53,104 nt of DNA from Pseudolabrys sp. (lineage in GTDB: Bacteria > Pseudomonadota > Alphaproteobacteria > Rhizobiales > Xanthobacteraceae), in the NCBI GenBank assembly GCA_036500165.1, contig DASYCM010000386.1, positions 1-53,104 on the forward strand, given 5' to 3'. The translations under genes and the position numbers were made by a program. Positions 1 to 10,133 of this stretch are shown piece after piece. Each line of letters opens with the position of its first letter. Within the stretch, counting starts at the first letter, position 1. Below the pieces are notes generated by a model. It had not been told where the DNA came from. It saw only the letters and a program-made list of their open reading frames with translations, and did no database searches.

Positions 1-618
1 CGACGAACGCATGATACGGGTGAGGATCGCCGCATATCGATAGCCGACAGCGAGCGCTGGCCAAATTAATTGGGACAAATTAGCGATGGGATCGGCAAAC
101 AGCGACGGCGACGTGATTGGCGGGAGCCAGTTGAAGAAATAGAGCAGTCCAACTGCGATCACCATTCCAAGCCAGAAAGGCGGCACCGCCAGCCCGGCGA
201 TTGAAAAGACTCTAAAGCCGTAATCGATCCAGGTGCCGTCGTAGACCGCGGCGGCGATACCACTAGGAACTGCGATGATCAACGCGATCAACATCGACAG
301 GACGGCAAGTTCGACTGTCAACGGAAGGCGAGTCGCAATCTCTTCAGTGACCGGACGTTCAGTCCACATCGACTGGCCGAGATCGAGCGTGGCGAGGCCG
401 ACCATCCACTCGCCGAACTGGTAGACTAGGGGCTTGTCGAGACCGAGACGTACCCTCTCCTTCTCGATGACTTCTTGCGTGACGTCGCTGCCCTCGGCGC
501 GCAGTTTGAACTCGACAATATCGCCGGGCACCACACGCAGCATGAAAAACACCAGCACGGCGATGGTGATCAGCGTCGGAATGATCAAAGCCAGGCGGCG
601 CAGCGCGTAGCGGATCAT
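1..618 (-). CDS. Dpp/Opp-type ABC transporter permease (DppB-like), 3' end outside window
   Basis: Manual translation from ATG at 618: MIRYALRRLALIIPTLITIAVLVFFMLRVVPGD...LGLDKPLVYQF...LDLGQS...RLPLTVELA...VPPFWLG. Start overlaps the ATPase stop (ATGA). Not in the ORF track. Confidence 0.9.
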   Translation of the reverse strand, partial: MIRYALRRLALIIPTLITIAVLVFFMLRVVPGDIVEFKLRAEGSDVTQEVIEKERVRLGLDKPLVYQFGEWMVGLATLDLGQSMWTERPVTEEIATRLPLTVELAVLSMLIALIIAVPSGIAAAVYDGTWIDYGFRVFSIAGLAVPPFWLGMVIAVGLLYFFNWLPPITSPSLFADPIANLSQLIWPALAVGYRYAAILTRIMRSS

Positions 619-2696
619 GACGGCTCCCCCCCTTCGGCATAATGGCAGGCGGCGATGTGATTGGCGCCGACGGCGCGCAACGCTGGCACCTGTTCGCGGC
701 ATAGTTCAGTCGCCAGTGGACAGCGCGTATGAAACACGCAGCCGCTTGGTGGATTAAGTGGTGATGGAATCTCGCCTCGCAGAGGCGCCGCCCGTCGCGC
801 ACTTTCGATTTCCGGATCTGGCGACGGCACGGCGTTCAGCAACGCCCGCGTATAGGGATGCTGCGGATTGGCATAGAGTGTGTCGCGATCGGCGAGCTCC
901 ATGAGCTTACCAAAATACATCACAGCGACGCGGTCGGCGATTTGACGAACAACGGCGAGGTCGTGCGAGATGAATAGGTACGAGAGACCATGCTTTTCGC
1001 GCAAATCCTTCAGCAGGTTCATGACCTGCGCCTGCACTGAAACATCGAGTGCGGACACCGGCTCATCGCATATGATCAGCTTTGGATTAAGAGACAGCGC
1101 CCGCGCGATGCCGACGCGTTGACGCTGGCCGCCGGACAATTCGTGCGGATAGCGCTCCGCCATGTCGGCGCGGAGTCCCACCTGCGTCAGCAGATCGGCC
1201 GCAATGCCTTGCGCTTCCCGTCGCGAACAGCCATTGACCATCAAAGGCTCGCCAACAGTACGACCAACGGAGAGGCGCGGATTAAGCGAGCTATACGGAT
1301 CCTGGAACACCATCTGCACGAAACTACTGAAGGCGCGAAAATCGCGTTCCTTCAGCCCGCTGATATCGCGGCCATCCATCCGGACCTCACCCAAGGTCGG
1401 ACTTTCGAGGCCGACAACAATGCGGCTTAGCGTTGACTTTCCGCACCCGGATTCGCCGACCAAGCCGAGCGCCTCTCCCCGCCGCACGCTGAGCGTCACG
1501 CCATCTAAAGCACGGATGGTGTGCTTGTTACGGCCGCGCGCGCCTAGCTCGAAAAATTTGCTGAGTCCTTTAACTTCGAGAATGTCGTCGGACTTGGCCG
1601 TCGTTGACTGGGCCGATTCCGGCACAAGTGTCGGCGCGATGCGCTCGACGACCTCAGCGCGATGACACGCCGTGTAATGATCGGGCGCGATAAGACGCAG
1701 CGGCGGATCGTTGGCGCAGATATCGATGCGGCCAATGCAACGCGGCGCGAAACGGCAGCCGTTAGGCGGATCAAGCAGATTTGGCTGAATGCCATCGATG
1801 GTAGCGAGCCGGGCAGTACGCGGCCGATCAAGCCGCGGAATCGAATTCAGGAGACCTAGCGTATAGAAATGTTTGGGATGCACGAAGGCGCCCTCAGTCG
1901 TCGCCTGTTCGATCAGACGTCCGGCGTACATCACGTTCACGCGGTCGGCATAGCGAGCAACAATGCCGAGGTTGTGCGTGATGAAGATCAATCCGATGTT
2001 ACGCTGCCGCGACAGGGTGTGGAGCAGATCGAGAATCTGCGCCTGGATCGTGACGTCGAGCGCGGTGGTTGGCTCGTCTGCGATGATGAGCTTCGGGTTA
2101 CAGGTCAAAGCCATCGCGATCATGACGCGCTGACGCATGCCGCCGGACAATTGATGTGGATATTGATCCAGCCGCCGCTCAGCGTCTGCAATGCCGACGT
2201 CAGTGAGGAGTTCGGCCGCTCGCGCCCGCGCCGCTTTCTGGTCGAAGCCCATATGCACCATCAGCGGCTCGCTGAGCTGCAAGCCGATGGACAGCACGGG
2301 GTTGAGCGACGTCATCGGATCCTGAAAGATCATCGCGATCTCTCGGCCCCGCACTGAGGCCATCTCACGTTCCGACAGCCTCAGCAAATCGCGCCCTTCG
2401 AACAGTACACGCCCGGTGACGCGCGTGGTCGTCTTCGGCAACAGCCGCATGATCGCCATCGATGACACGGACTTGCCGCAACCCGACTCGCCGACCAACG
2501 CAACAATTTCACCGGCCTTAGCCGTATAGCTGACGTTGTCAACGGCATGCAGTAGCCCGTGCTTGCCCTTGAACGAGATGCTTAGGTTCTCGACCTGCAG
2601 CAAGTCCGCCGACTGCCCTACAGGCGACGCATCGACATGCCGCGCCGCACCGTCCGTCGCGACGGCTCCCAGCGAAGAATTGCCGACTAGCGTCAT
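615..2696 (-). CDS. Fused double-domain oligopeptide/dipeptide ABC ATPase (DppD-DppF fusion)
   Basis: Two Walker A GESGCGKS motifs, LSGGMRQR and LSGGQRQR signatures, DEPTTALD and DEPVSALD, two Cys-rich oligoHPY C-terminal tails. ATG 2696 has an AGGA RBS. Confidence 0.95.
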   Translation of the reverse strand: MTLVGNSSLGAVATDGAARHVDASPVGQSADLLQVENLSISFKGKHGLLHAVDNVSYTAKAGEIVALVGESGCGKSVSSMAIMRLLPKTTTRVTGRVLFEGRDLLRLSEREMASVRGREIAMIFQDPMTSLNPVLSIGLQLSEPLMVHMGFDQKAARARAAELLTDVGIADAERRLDQYPHQLSGGMRQRVMIAMALTCNPKLIIADEPTTALDVTIQAQILDLLHTLSRQRNIGLIFITHNLGIVARYADRVNVMYAGRLIEQATTEGAFVHPKHFYTLGLLNSIPRLDRPRTARLATIDGIQPNLLDPPNGCRFAPRCIGRIDICANDPPLRLIAPDHYTACHRAEVVERIAPTLVPESAQSTTAKSDDILEVKGLSKFFELGARGRNKHTIRALDGVTLSVRRGEALGLVGESGCGKSTLSRIVVGLESPTLGEVRMDGRDISGLKERDFRAFSSFVQMVFQDPYSSLNPRLSVGRTVGEPLMVNGCSRREAQGIAADLLTQVGLRADMAERYPHELSGGQRQRVGIARALSLNPKLIICDEPVSALDVSVQAQVMNLLKDLREKHGLSYLFISHDLAVVRQIADRVAVMYFGKLMELADRDTLYANPQHPYTRALLNAVPSPDPEIESARRAAPLRGEIPSPLNPPSGCVFHTRCPLATELCREQVPALRAVGANHIAACHYAEGGEPS

Positions 2697-2705
2697 CAAG
2701 TGTTC

Positions 2706-3698
2706 CTAGAGATTGAGCAGCTTGACGGCGTTGTCAGTCAGGATTCGGGCGAGATCCTGCCCCTTGAATCCCGCCTCGTCGACAATGCGAACCGGGTCGG
2801 TGCTGCCCATGTCGGCACAATAATCACTGCCCAGCAGAATACGGTCGGTGCCGACCAAAGCGGCAAGGTTTTTCAGGATATCGGCCGAATGGGTGATGGT
2901 GTCATAGGTGAAGCGGCGCAGGTATTCGCTCGGCGCCTTCGTCATATGCTTCATTTCCTTGCGTACCTTGGCCCCGTGATCGAAGCGCCCGATCAGCTCA
3001 GGCAGCGAGCCGCCAGCGTGCGGCAAACTGACTTCAAGTGTTGGGTGACGGTCGAGCACACCGCTGAAAATGAGATGCGCCGCAGCGGTCGCGGTTTCGG
3101 TCGGGTTGCCGATCAGATTGCCGAGATGGAACGCCTTCAGGCGTGGGCCGCCGAGCGGTTTGACCGGATGCAGGAAGATCGGCAGCTTATGCGCCGCGAT
3201 GGCCTCATAGACCGGCTCGAACAATGGATCGGACAGATCGTGCCCTTCCATATGCGTACCCATATAGACGCCCTTGAGGCCGGGCAGCTTCGAGGCGCGC
3301 GCCAACTCCTTGAGCGCACGATCGGGATCGAGCATCGGCAAAGTCATGTAGCCGTAGAGCCGGTCGGGATGCTGCTGCGCGCTGGCGCTCGTCGCGTCGT
3401 TATAGGCCTTGCAGAGATCCAGCGAATATTCGCCGTCCGCGAAATAGACCATCGGCGCCGTCAGTGAGAGTCCCTGCATCTTGACGCCTTGGGCGTCCAT
3501 GTCGGCCAGCCGCAGCTCGAGATTGTAGTACTTCTCGGGCTGCGGGCCGCGCATGCCGCCGGGCGTTTCGATGAGAAAGCTGCCGTCAGGCTGCAGGTGG
3601 TAGCCAAAGCCATACTTCTTGCCGCGATCGGTCGCGAGCAGCTCAAGATAAGGCTTTGGAAAATAATGTGCGTGGGTATCTATAACGCGATCGGTCAC
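2706..3698 (-). CDS. Amidohydrolase_2 family protein (ACMSD/decarboxylase-like)
   Basis: IDTHAH metal motif, IFLHP, PHAGG and LGSDY motifs. Confidence 0.88.
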   Translation of the reverse strand: MTDRVIDTHAHYFPKPYLELLATDRGKKYGFGYHLQPDGSFLIETPGGMRGPQPEKYYNLELRLADMDAQGVKMQGLSLTAPMVYFADGEYSLDLCKAYNDATSASAQQHPDRLYGYMTLPMLDPDRALKELARASKLPGLKGVYMGTHMEGHDLSDPLFEPVYEAIAAHKLPIFLHPVKPLGGPRLKAFHLGNLIGNPTETATAAAHLIFSGVLDRHPTLEVSLPHAGGSLPELIGRFDHGAKVRKEMKHMTKAPSEYLRRFTYDTITHSADILKNLAALVGTDRILLGSDYCADMGSTDPVRIVDEAGFKGQDLARILTDNAVKLLNL

Positions 3699-3801
3699 GT
3701 GCGGCGCTCCGCCTTGAATGATGTCTTGTTGGGACTGCGCAGCAACCGAACGACGCCACCCGAGTTTCGGGAGGCGTCGTTATGTGCGACCCGCAGTGGG
3801 T

Positions 3802-5403
3802 TCAGGAAGCCAGCCACAATTTCTCCAGGTCCTGCCCGACGAAGGGGCTGGGCGTCATGTTCCAGCCGCGCAATTTCTTGCGCAGTACGATGATGCGGTC
3901 GAGCCAGAGGATCGGTACCGTGTAGGCTTGTGTCAGCATGCGCATTTCGAACTGGCGCAGCAATTTGTAGCGCTCGGCTTTATCGGCCATGCTGTGCTGC
4001 TTGGCATATAACTCATCGAGTTCAGGATCGGTATAGTGCGCTCGGTTCGACGACTTTTCGAACGAGAGATAGCGCGGCAACTGGTAATCCGGCTCATCGA
4101 TGGCGTCATTCTGATTGTCGATGGTCACATCGAAATCGCCAGCCGAAAGATTGGCGTTCCAAGTCGTGTCGTTGATGATCAGATGCTCGACCTCGACGCC
4201 GATGCGGCGCCACTGATCGATCAGATAGACGCCCGCCACCTGGGACGGATCGGTGATCATACGATTGTGCAGCTTGAACTTGAGGTTCTCGACGCCCGCC
4301 TCTTTCAGCAAGCGGCGCGCTTCAGCGCGCGACGCTTCGATGTTCTTCGAATAGCCGGGATATTTGACAAGGTCTTCTTCCGTCGCCGCAAGTTCGTACT
4401 TTGGCCGAAGGAATCCGCCGGCAAAGGCCAGTGTGCTGATTTTCGGTAGCGCCGTCTGCGCCGCCCAACGATCAATGGCGAGCGACAACGCGCGACGCAC
4501 GCGTGGATCGTCGAACGGTTTGCGGCGGGTGTTGAAGGTCGCCACCATGCAGGCGCACCATGGCTGCTCGTAGACATCGATCTGGTTGCCGAGAGCCTTG
4601 GTAAGGATGTCGCGCTGCGACGGCGCCAGCGCGCGAAACTCGTTCATCACCTGCCCGCTCTGAATCGCATTGGTCAGCGCAGGACCGGAAAGAAGCACGG
4701 CCTGAAAGCCATCGAGATAAGGAAAACCTTTGCGGAAGTAATCCTTGAAGCGCTCGCCCTTCCAGGTCGAACCCTGAACGTGTTCCACGAACTTGTACGG
4801 ACCGGTGCCGAGCACATTGCGCGCTGGAAAACGCGGATCGGCCTTCAGTTTTTCGGCACGATAGATGACGTTGAACGGGTGCGCGAAGATCGACAGCATC
4901 GACCGGCTCGGCTCGCTCAGTGTGAACACGACAGTCAACGGATCTGGCGTATCGATCGACTTGATCGGTTGCACCATGCCCTGACGCACCGAGGTAACAC
5001 CCGCGGGTGGGTTACGGACCCGGTCATAGCTCGCCTTGATATCTTCCGATGTCAGCGGCACGCCATCGTGAAACAAGACGCCCGGGGTCAATTTGAATGT
5101 ATAGATCAAGCCATCGTCAGAGATCGTCCAGCTTTGCGCGAGATCCCCGATGACGTTGGGATAATTTGCAGCGTCGATCTTCAATAGGCCGTTGTAGTGC
5201 GGCTGCAGCAAGTGCACGAGGACGTGCGCATTACCGGCGTGCATGTCGTAGCTCGGCGGATCACCGCCCGTGAGCCCGAATACTAACGTACCACCACGGT
5301 TTACGGCGTTATCGTCTGCTGCCCACCCTGCATTCGGCATCAATGCCGCGGCACCAATACCGCCAAGCCCCTGCAACACTTCGCGCCGGTGAATTGTCTT
5401 CAC
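3802..5403 (-). CDS. ABC family-5 (Dpp/Opp/NikA) substrate-binding protein, Tat-exported
   Basis: GTG start at 5403 with AAGGA RBS; HRREVL twin-arginine signal; GDLAQSWTISDDGLIYTFKL, GTGPYKF and PFDDPRVRRAL motifs. Confidence 0.92.
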   Translation of the reverse strand: MKTIHRREVLQGLGGIGAAALMPNAGWAADDNAVNRGGTLVFGLTGGDPPSYDMHAGNAHVLVHLLQPHYNGLLKIDAANYPNVIGDLAQSWTISDDGLIYTFKLTPGVLFHDGVPLTSEDIKASYDRVRNPPAGVTSVRQGMVQPIKSIDTPDPLTVVFTLSEPSRSMLSIFAHPFNVIYRAEKLKADPRFPARNVLGTGPYKFVEHVQGSTWKGERFKDYFRKGFPYLDGFQAVLLSGPALTNAIQSGQVMNEFRALAPSQRDILTKALGNQIDVYEQPWCACMVATFNTRRKPFDDPRVRRALSLAIDRWAAQTALPKISTLAFAGGFLRPKYELAATEEDLVKYPGYSKNIEASRAEARRLLKEAGVENLKFKLHNRMITDPSQVAGVYLIDQWRRIGVEVEHLIINDTTWNANLSAGDFDVTIDNQNDAIDEPDYQLPRYLSFEKSSNRAHYTDPELDELYAKQHSMADKAERYKLLRQFEMRMLTQAYTVPILWLDRIIVLRKKLRGWNMTPSPFVGQDLEKLWLAS

Positions 5404-5533
5404 GTGTGTTTCCTTCCCGAGCGTATTCTTATGTGAGCGCCGCTTTTGGATGCGGCATCTGTCGTTGCCAATGCATATAAGCACGGCCTAAGCGTCCATT
5501 ATAAATGATCTAATTCGCGGAATTCACGATATT

Positions 5534-5551
5534 TCGGAAAAAGATGTTTTC
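5534..5551 (+). promoter_or_regulatory. Putative operator TCGGAAA-N7-TTTC (copy 1)
   Basis: tcggaaa-aagatgt-tttc upstream of the SBP gene; the same motif occurs at 6165 and, inverted, at 9153. Confidence 0.55.
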
Positions 5552-5583
5552 GTCTTCCTCGGCCGGCTGAATCCAAGCACCGG

Positions 5584-6120
5584 TCAGGTCATATCAGCGG
5601 CGCCGAAGCGTCCGCGGTAGAACAGGAGCGGGCTGCCGGGACGTTGTGTACAGGACACAACCTCGCCGACGATAATGTCGTGATCACCACCCTCGTAGAC
5701 ATTGCGTACGACGCAATCGAAGTGGGAAAGCGCATCGGCCAGCACCGGAAAGCCTGCCTGCGATCGTCCTAGGTCGAGGCCGTCGAAGCGATTGGAAAAA
5801 TCACCGACAAAACGGGTAGCGATTTCGCGTTGATGCACGTCAAGGATGTTGACGACGAAATATCCGCTCTCTTTCATCGCTAAGCCTGTGGCGCTACCAC
5901 GACGGGGGCAAACGAGCAGTAACGGCGGCTCGAGCGATACCGACGTGAGCGAGTTGACGGTCATTCCGTGCAGCCTGTCGCCGTGATCTGCCATGACGAC
6001 CGCGACTCCGGTCGCAAATGTGCCCATCGCCGCACGAAATGCAGAAGCATCGAACACGGGCGCTTCAATAGCGGCAGTTGCAGGTTGGGCATTCATCGCA
6101 CGGCTCCGAGTTGACGCCAT
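5584..6120 (-). CDS. Flavin reductase (HpaC/RutF-like)
   Basis: FRAAMGTFATGVAVV, GMTVNSLTSVSLEPP, GGDHDIIVGEV and PLLFYRG motifs. Start uncertain (6126, 6120 or 6096). Confidence 0.92.
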   Translation of the reverse strand: MASTRSRAMNAQPATAAIEAPVFDASAFRAAMGTFATGVAVVMADHGDRLHGMTVNSLTSVSLEPPLLLVCPRRGSATGLAMKESGYFVVNILDVHQREIATRFVGDFSNRFDGLDLGRSQAGFPVLADALSHFDCVVRNVYEGGDHDIIVGEVVSCTQRPGSPLLFYRGRFGAADMT

Positions 6121-6157
6121 TTGCAAACCCTATGGCCGAAGAGCTATGTTGAAAATG

Positions 6158-6182
6158 TCCGAAATCGGAAATATATTGTTTC
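6158..6182 (+). promoter_or_regulatory. Putative LysR binding site (TCCGA-AA-TCGGA palindrome plus TCGGAAA-N7-TTTC, copy 2)
   Basis: Lies in the divergent flavin reductase/LysR intergenic region; contains a T-N11-A at 6158-6170. Confidence 0.6.
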
Positions 6183-6214
6183 TATAAACGCCTTGAATTA
6201 AACGGCTGAGACTC

Positions 6215-7096
6215 ATGAACAAGTTCATGGCTATGAACGTGCTGGTACGCGTCGTCGAAAGCGGTGGCTTTACGGCCGCCGCACGCAAGATGGGCATGTC
6301 CGTGTCCGCGGTAACCAAGGCCATCGCACGGCTCGAAGACGAACTCGGCACGCAGTTGTTCAATCGCACCACACGACAAGTGAACACGACCGATTACGGC
6401 CAGGATTTTTACGAACGCTGCGTTCAGATTCTCGACGACCTCGAAGACGCGGAAACGTTGGTCAAAAGTCGCAACGTCGCGGCTGAGGGCCGTATTCGCG
6501 CGATAGTGCCCTTTTCGTTCGGCCGCGTAACGCTCGTACCGGCGTTGCCGGCGTTCTACGAGAAATATCCCAACATCTCTGTCGAGTTGAGCTTCAGCGA
6601 CGGACCGGTCGATCTGGTCACCGACGGATACGATGTCGCCGTCCGTACCGGACAGATCACAGACTCGCGATTGACCACGCGGTTACTCACGCGTGGATCG
6701 CAGGTCACCTGCGCCTCTCCCAGCTATCTGAAAAAGTACGGCAGGCCTAAAACGCCGGAGGATTTGAAGGATCACAACTGCATCGTCGGACGATTCGGCC
6801 CCGAATGGGAGTTTCTGAACGCGAAAGGCGAGAAGACCGCCGTCCGCGTGTCAGGAAATACCATTGTCAACAGTGGCGACGCTTATCGCGAGGCGGCAGT
6901 CGGCGGTGTCGGTATTGTCCAGGGTACCTACTGGCTAATGCGCAAGGACCTGGAGAGCGGCGCGCTGGTCGAAGTCCTGAAGGACTACGCAATGGAAGGC
7001 GCGCCGATCTCCGTACTCTATCTCGCCAAGCGCCACCTTCCGCGCAAGGTGCGCGTGTTCCTCGACTTTATCATCGCGCTGACAAAGCTGCCGTAA
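6215..7096 (+). CDS. LysR-type regulator (CrgA/DmlR-like)
   Basis: N-terminal HTH GGFTAAARKMGMSVSAVTKAIARLEDELGTQLFNRTTR; CrgA-like substrate domain ending PRKVRVFLDF. Confidence 0.95.
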   Translation: MNKFMAMNVLVRVVESGGFTAAARKMGMSVSAVTKAIARLEDELGTQLFNRTTRQVNTTDYGQDFYERCVQILDDLEDAETLVKSRNVAAEGRIRAIVPFSFGRVTLVPALPAFYEKYPNISVELSFSDGPVDLVTDGYDVAVRTGQITDSRLTTRLLTRGSQVTCASPSYLKKYGRPKTPEDLKDHNCIVGRFGPEWEFLNAKGEKTAVRVSGNTIVNSGDAYREAAVGGVGIVQGTYWLMRKDLESGALVEVLKDYAMEGAPISVLYLAKRHLPRKVRVFLDFIIALTKLP

Positions 7097-7099
7097 GTC

Positions 7100-7927
7100 C
7101 TACTTATCAGCGTCGACGAGCATCATTGCCTGGATGCCGATCTCGCTGCTGGCTGCACCAGTCATGTTTTGCGCCAGCGAAACCGCTTCGAGCACCTGAC
7201 GCTTGGTCATGCCATAGGCGTAAGCAATTCTGATTTGCTCGGCACACATTTCCTTCTGCCCACGCCAGCAAAGTGCGGCAATCGCAATCAGCGCCCGTGC
7301 GCCGCGACCAAGCGCGTGTTCTTTCTTGCGGCCAACAGCGTTGCAATGATCGACAAACTTTACAGTCCGCTTGGCAAACTCCGGATCGATTGCCATGGCA
7401 TATTTCCAGGCAGCAGATTCAGCGAGAGGCGCTTGCGGTCTCAACGGCTCACGGCCGAGTTTCATTTCCGGAAACGGTGTTAATTCCTTCGGCTCGCCGC
7501 CTTCTGGCATCTTGCCAAACGGATACTTCGGATCGTTGGCGAGCAGAATGGCCTGCGCGACCAACGATATCGTCGCATGTCCGACCACCGGCGCAATGGC
7601 CTCAGCTGCCTCGAAAATCACGGCGTTGGTAATACCGGCTCTGTACAAGCGCCGCACGTGATTGGCAGCGAAACGCAGATCGCCCTTGGCGCTCAACATG
7701 CAAAGCGCACCGAGCTCGCGCATCGGCAGCGACAGCTCCTGATCTGGCGTGCTCTTGGCGTCATTCTTGAGAATATAGCCCGACGCATCGTGCTGCAGTT
7801 CGATGGTCCGCGGAATGTACTTCGCCATGAAGTGCCATTCCTCGAATATGTCGCCACGATTCTTGACATATTCTCGCATCAGCTCTTCGGGATCTGGCTC
7901 CTGATCGTGCACGGCGGCTGTCGACAT
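7100..7927 (-). CDS. Two-domain carboxymuconolactone decarboxylase/AhpD-like protein
   Basis: Two CMD-like repeats (LSLPMRELGAL...HVRRLYRAGIT and LGRGARALIAIA...IRIAYAYGMTKRQVLEA); no CxxC. Confidence 0.65.
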   Translation of the reverse strand: MSTAAVHDQEPDPEELMREYVKNRGDIFEEWHFMAKYIPRTIELQHDASGYILKNDAKSTPDQELSLPMRELGALCMLSAKGDLRFAANHVRRLYRAGITNAVIFEAAEAIAPVVGHATISLVAQAILLANDPKYPFGKMPEGGEPKELTPFPEMKLGREPLRPQAPLAESAAWKYAMAIDPEFAKRTVKFVDHCNAVGRKKEHALGRGARALIAIAALCWRGQKEMCAEQIRIAYAYGMTKRQVLEAVSLAQNMTGAASSEIGIQAMMLVDADK

Positions 7928-7938
7928 TGTTTTCTCTC

Positions 7939-9072
7939 CTAGACGTTCTGCGGAACGGGCTTGTTTTTTTGTGTTGAGCCGGAGATCGCGTCGTTAATCC
8001 GCGGCATGACCTGCTCGGCCATCAGTTGCATGGACCGTTTTGTCAAATCGGGATCGACCCAATCCATGCCAGCATAAACGATCTCGCCGAAATCGCCAGT
8101 TTGCTCACGCAATGCCAGGATTTCGTCGACGACCTTGTTGACCGAGCCATGGATGACGACCTGATCCATCACCGAATCCAGCGTCACCTCGGAATCGGGC
8201 TGATCTTTATGCGATTTCATCACGAACAGGCGCTTGCTGCGTTGCAGCTTCTTCAGGATCTGATCGTAGTAAGCGCGGAACGGGCTATTCGAGTCCGAAT
8301 GACCGTAGCGCTTTGCCGTTGCGTCATCGTCCGCGACAAAGATCGTCCGGGCGACGCGCCAATCGGAAACATTCGCCACCTGGCCGACCGAGGCTTTGCC
8401 CTCCGCATAATTCTTCCAGTGGCTCGCGATCCACTGGGGCAGCAGGAAGTTGGCCGATAGCGGATGGAAATCACGCTTGCCCATTGCGACGACGCCTTGC
8501 GAGAAAGGTGCCAGCACGGTGCCGACGATTTCAGGGCGCGGGTTCTGATAAGGCTTGCTGAGGTAGCCGACACCAAGCTCAAGAGCAGCCGTGCGTGCGG
8601 TCGAAACCTTAAAACGGTTATCGGGCAGATCGATATTGTACGGCGCCTCGCGGCTCCAGATTTCGAGAATGACGTCGATCGCCTCGGCAAACATCTTGTT
8701 GCGGTCTTCATCCAGGATGCCGAGCGCCTCGGCATCGGTCGTCAGCGAACCCGGACTGATGCCGAAGATGAAGCGGCCTTCCGACAGATTATCGAGCATC
8801 GCGGCCTGTGCAGCGATCAGCACGGGGTGCATCTGTGACAGGTTCGACGTGCCGGACCCGAGCTTGATCGTTTTGGTATCGCTGACCAGCGAGGCCAGAA
8901 ACATCATGCTGTTGGTGATGGTTTCGCAGCGATCCGAGAGATGTTCTCCGATAAAGGCATCGTGAAAGCCGAGCTTGTCGGCCAGGATAACCGTTTCACG
9001 ATCCTCCCTGAGCGTCTCGGCCCAATTCCTGTGCGCCGGATGCACAGGCATAGTGAAATATCCGAGCCTCAT
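7939..9072 (-). CDS. LLM-class (luciferase-like) flavin-dependent monooxygenase
   Basis: MRLGYFTMPVHP start with GGAGG RBS; ADKLGFHDAFIGEH, IKLGSG and LDNLSEGRFIFGISPG motifs. Confidence 0.92.
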   Translation of the reverse strand: MRLGYFTMPVHPAHRNWAETLREDRETVILADKLGFHDAFIGEHLSDRCETITNSMMFLASLVSDTKTIKLGSGTSNLSQMHPVLIAAQAAMLDNLSEGRFIFGISPGSLTTDAEALGILDEDRNKMFAEAIDVILEIWSREAPYNIDLPDNRFKVSTARTAALELGVGYLSKPYQNPRPEIVGTVLAPFSQGVVAMGKRDFHPLSANFLLPQWIASHWKNYAEGKASVGQVANVSDWRVARTIFVADDDATAKRYGHSDSNSPFRAYYDQILKKLQRSKRLFVMKSHKDQPDSEVTLDSVMDQVVIHGSVNKVVDEILALREQTGDFGEIVYAGMDWVDPDLTKRSMQLMAEQVMPRINDAISGSTQKNKPVPQNV

Positions 9073-9152
9073 AAAACCCTCCGCAGCGCAATTCGCGCCA
9101 TCTGCTGCGCGACCTTTGCACCCGGAACACCTCATCCGAAATCCTAGAGATG

Positions 9153-9170
9153 CAAAAATATAATTTCCGA
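9153..9170 (-). promoter_or_regulatory. Putative operator TCGGAAA-N7-TTTG (copy 3, inverted)
   Basis: caaa-aatataa-tttccga in the divergent LLM/9326 intergenic region; an extra TCCGAAAT half-site lies at 9135. Confidence 0.55.
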
Positions 9171-9325
9171 AATGTCCCCAATCGTCATTTTCGGCCGGTG
9201 CAGGCGCATAATAACGAGCCCACTTGCGACGGCTTACTTCCGTACTTGCCTTCCCAACGTCTTGACGGACACAAGCGCCACCGCGACACTGCCGTCAACA
9301 ACAAACGATAATAAACAAGAATGGG

Positions 9326-10069
9326 ATGGAAATGGATCAGGGAATCTGGGCGACGTGGTATGATCTAGCGGATAACGACCGCGAAAAATTCATCAACTGG
9401 CTGCACGAAGAATATCTACCGGAGCTTAAGATGCGTCCGGGCTACGCTTGGGTCGCACATTACGAGAATACCCGCGGCGGTCCGCAGATGCGACAGGTGG
9501 GCGATATCGTCGAGCGCCCGAATGAGGACATCGGCTCCGGCACCCAGTTCCTGATGCTTGTCGGCGCGCCGTCTCCGCACACTTTTCTCAATCCATCGGT
9601 GCTGCAGATCCAAAAAGACGCTCCGGCGCGCACGCGCGAGATGCTGGCACTGCGCAAGGGCGTTCGGCCTTGCATTTTCGCAGAAGAGACACGGGTCAAC
9701 GGACCGGCGGCGCACGAGCGCGCAGTTGGCACGACGCCAGGGCCTGCGATCCAAATGGGCAGCTTCCGCACGCGTACGATCGACGACGATTTCGATCTCG
9801 GCTGCTGGTATGCGCAGTATCGGCTACCGCATATGGCACAAATGCCGGGAAGCATCGCGAGCCGCAAGCTGCTCTGCGTTGCAGGTTGGGCCAAGCACGC
9901 CGTGATGTACGAGTTCAGTTCACTCGAAGCGCGGTTGAAGAATTTTGAAGAGCCGCACGAATCGCATGCGCTCGATCCGAAGGAGTGGACCGGCCGAATT
10001 GTACGCTACACGATACATGCGCCCGGCTCGCCCACCGTCGGCCGGCGCATCTGGCCGCCGGTTACGTGA
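9326..10069 (+). CDS. Hypothetical protein, probable tandem EthD/DUF4286-like dimeric alpha-beta barrel
   Basis: Two repeats of the pattern F..W...ylP....PG (FINWLHEEYLPELKMRPG and LGCWYAQYRLPHMAQMPG); plausible 247-aa ORF. Confidence 0.6.
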   Translation: MEMDQGIWATWYDLADNDREKFINWLHEEYLPELKMRPGYAWVAHYENTRGGPQMRQVGDIVERPNEDIGSGTQFLMLVGAPSPHTFLNPSVLQIQKDAPARTREMLALRKGVRPCIFAEETRVNGPAAHERAVGTTPGPAIQMGSFRTRTIDDDFDLGCWYAQYRLPHMAQMPGSIASRKLLCVAGWAKHAVMYEFSSLEARLKNFEEPHESHALDPKEWTGRIVRYTIHAPGSPTVGRRIWPPVT

Positions 10070-10133
10070 GACTCACGGCGCGCGTCTAGCGCGCCGGCGC
10101 AGCCAATCAAAAGAATTAGCAGTGGGTGCATCG

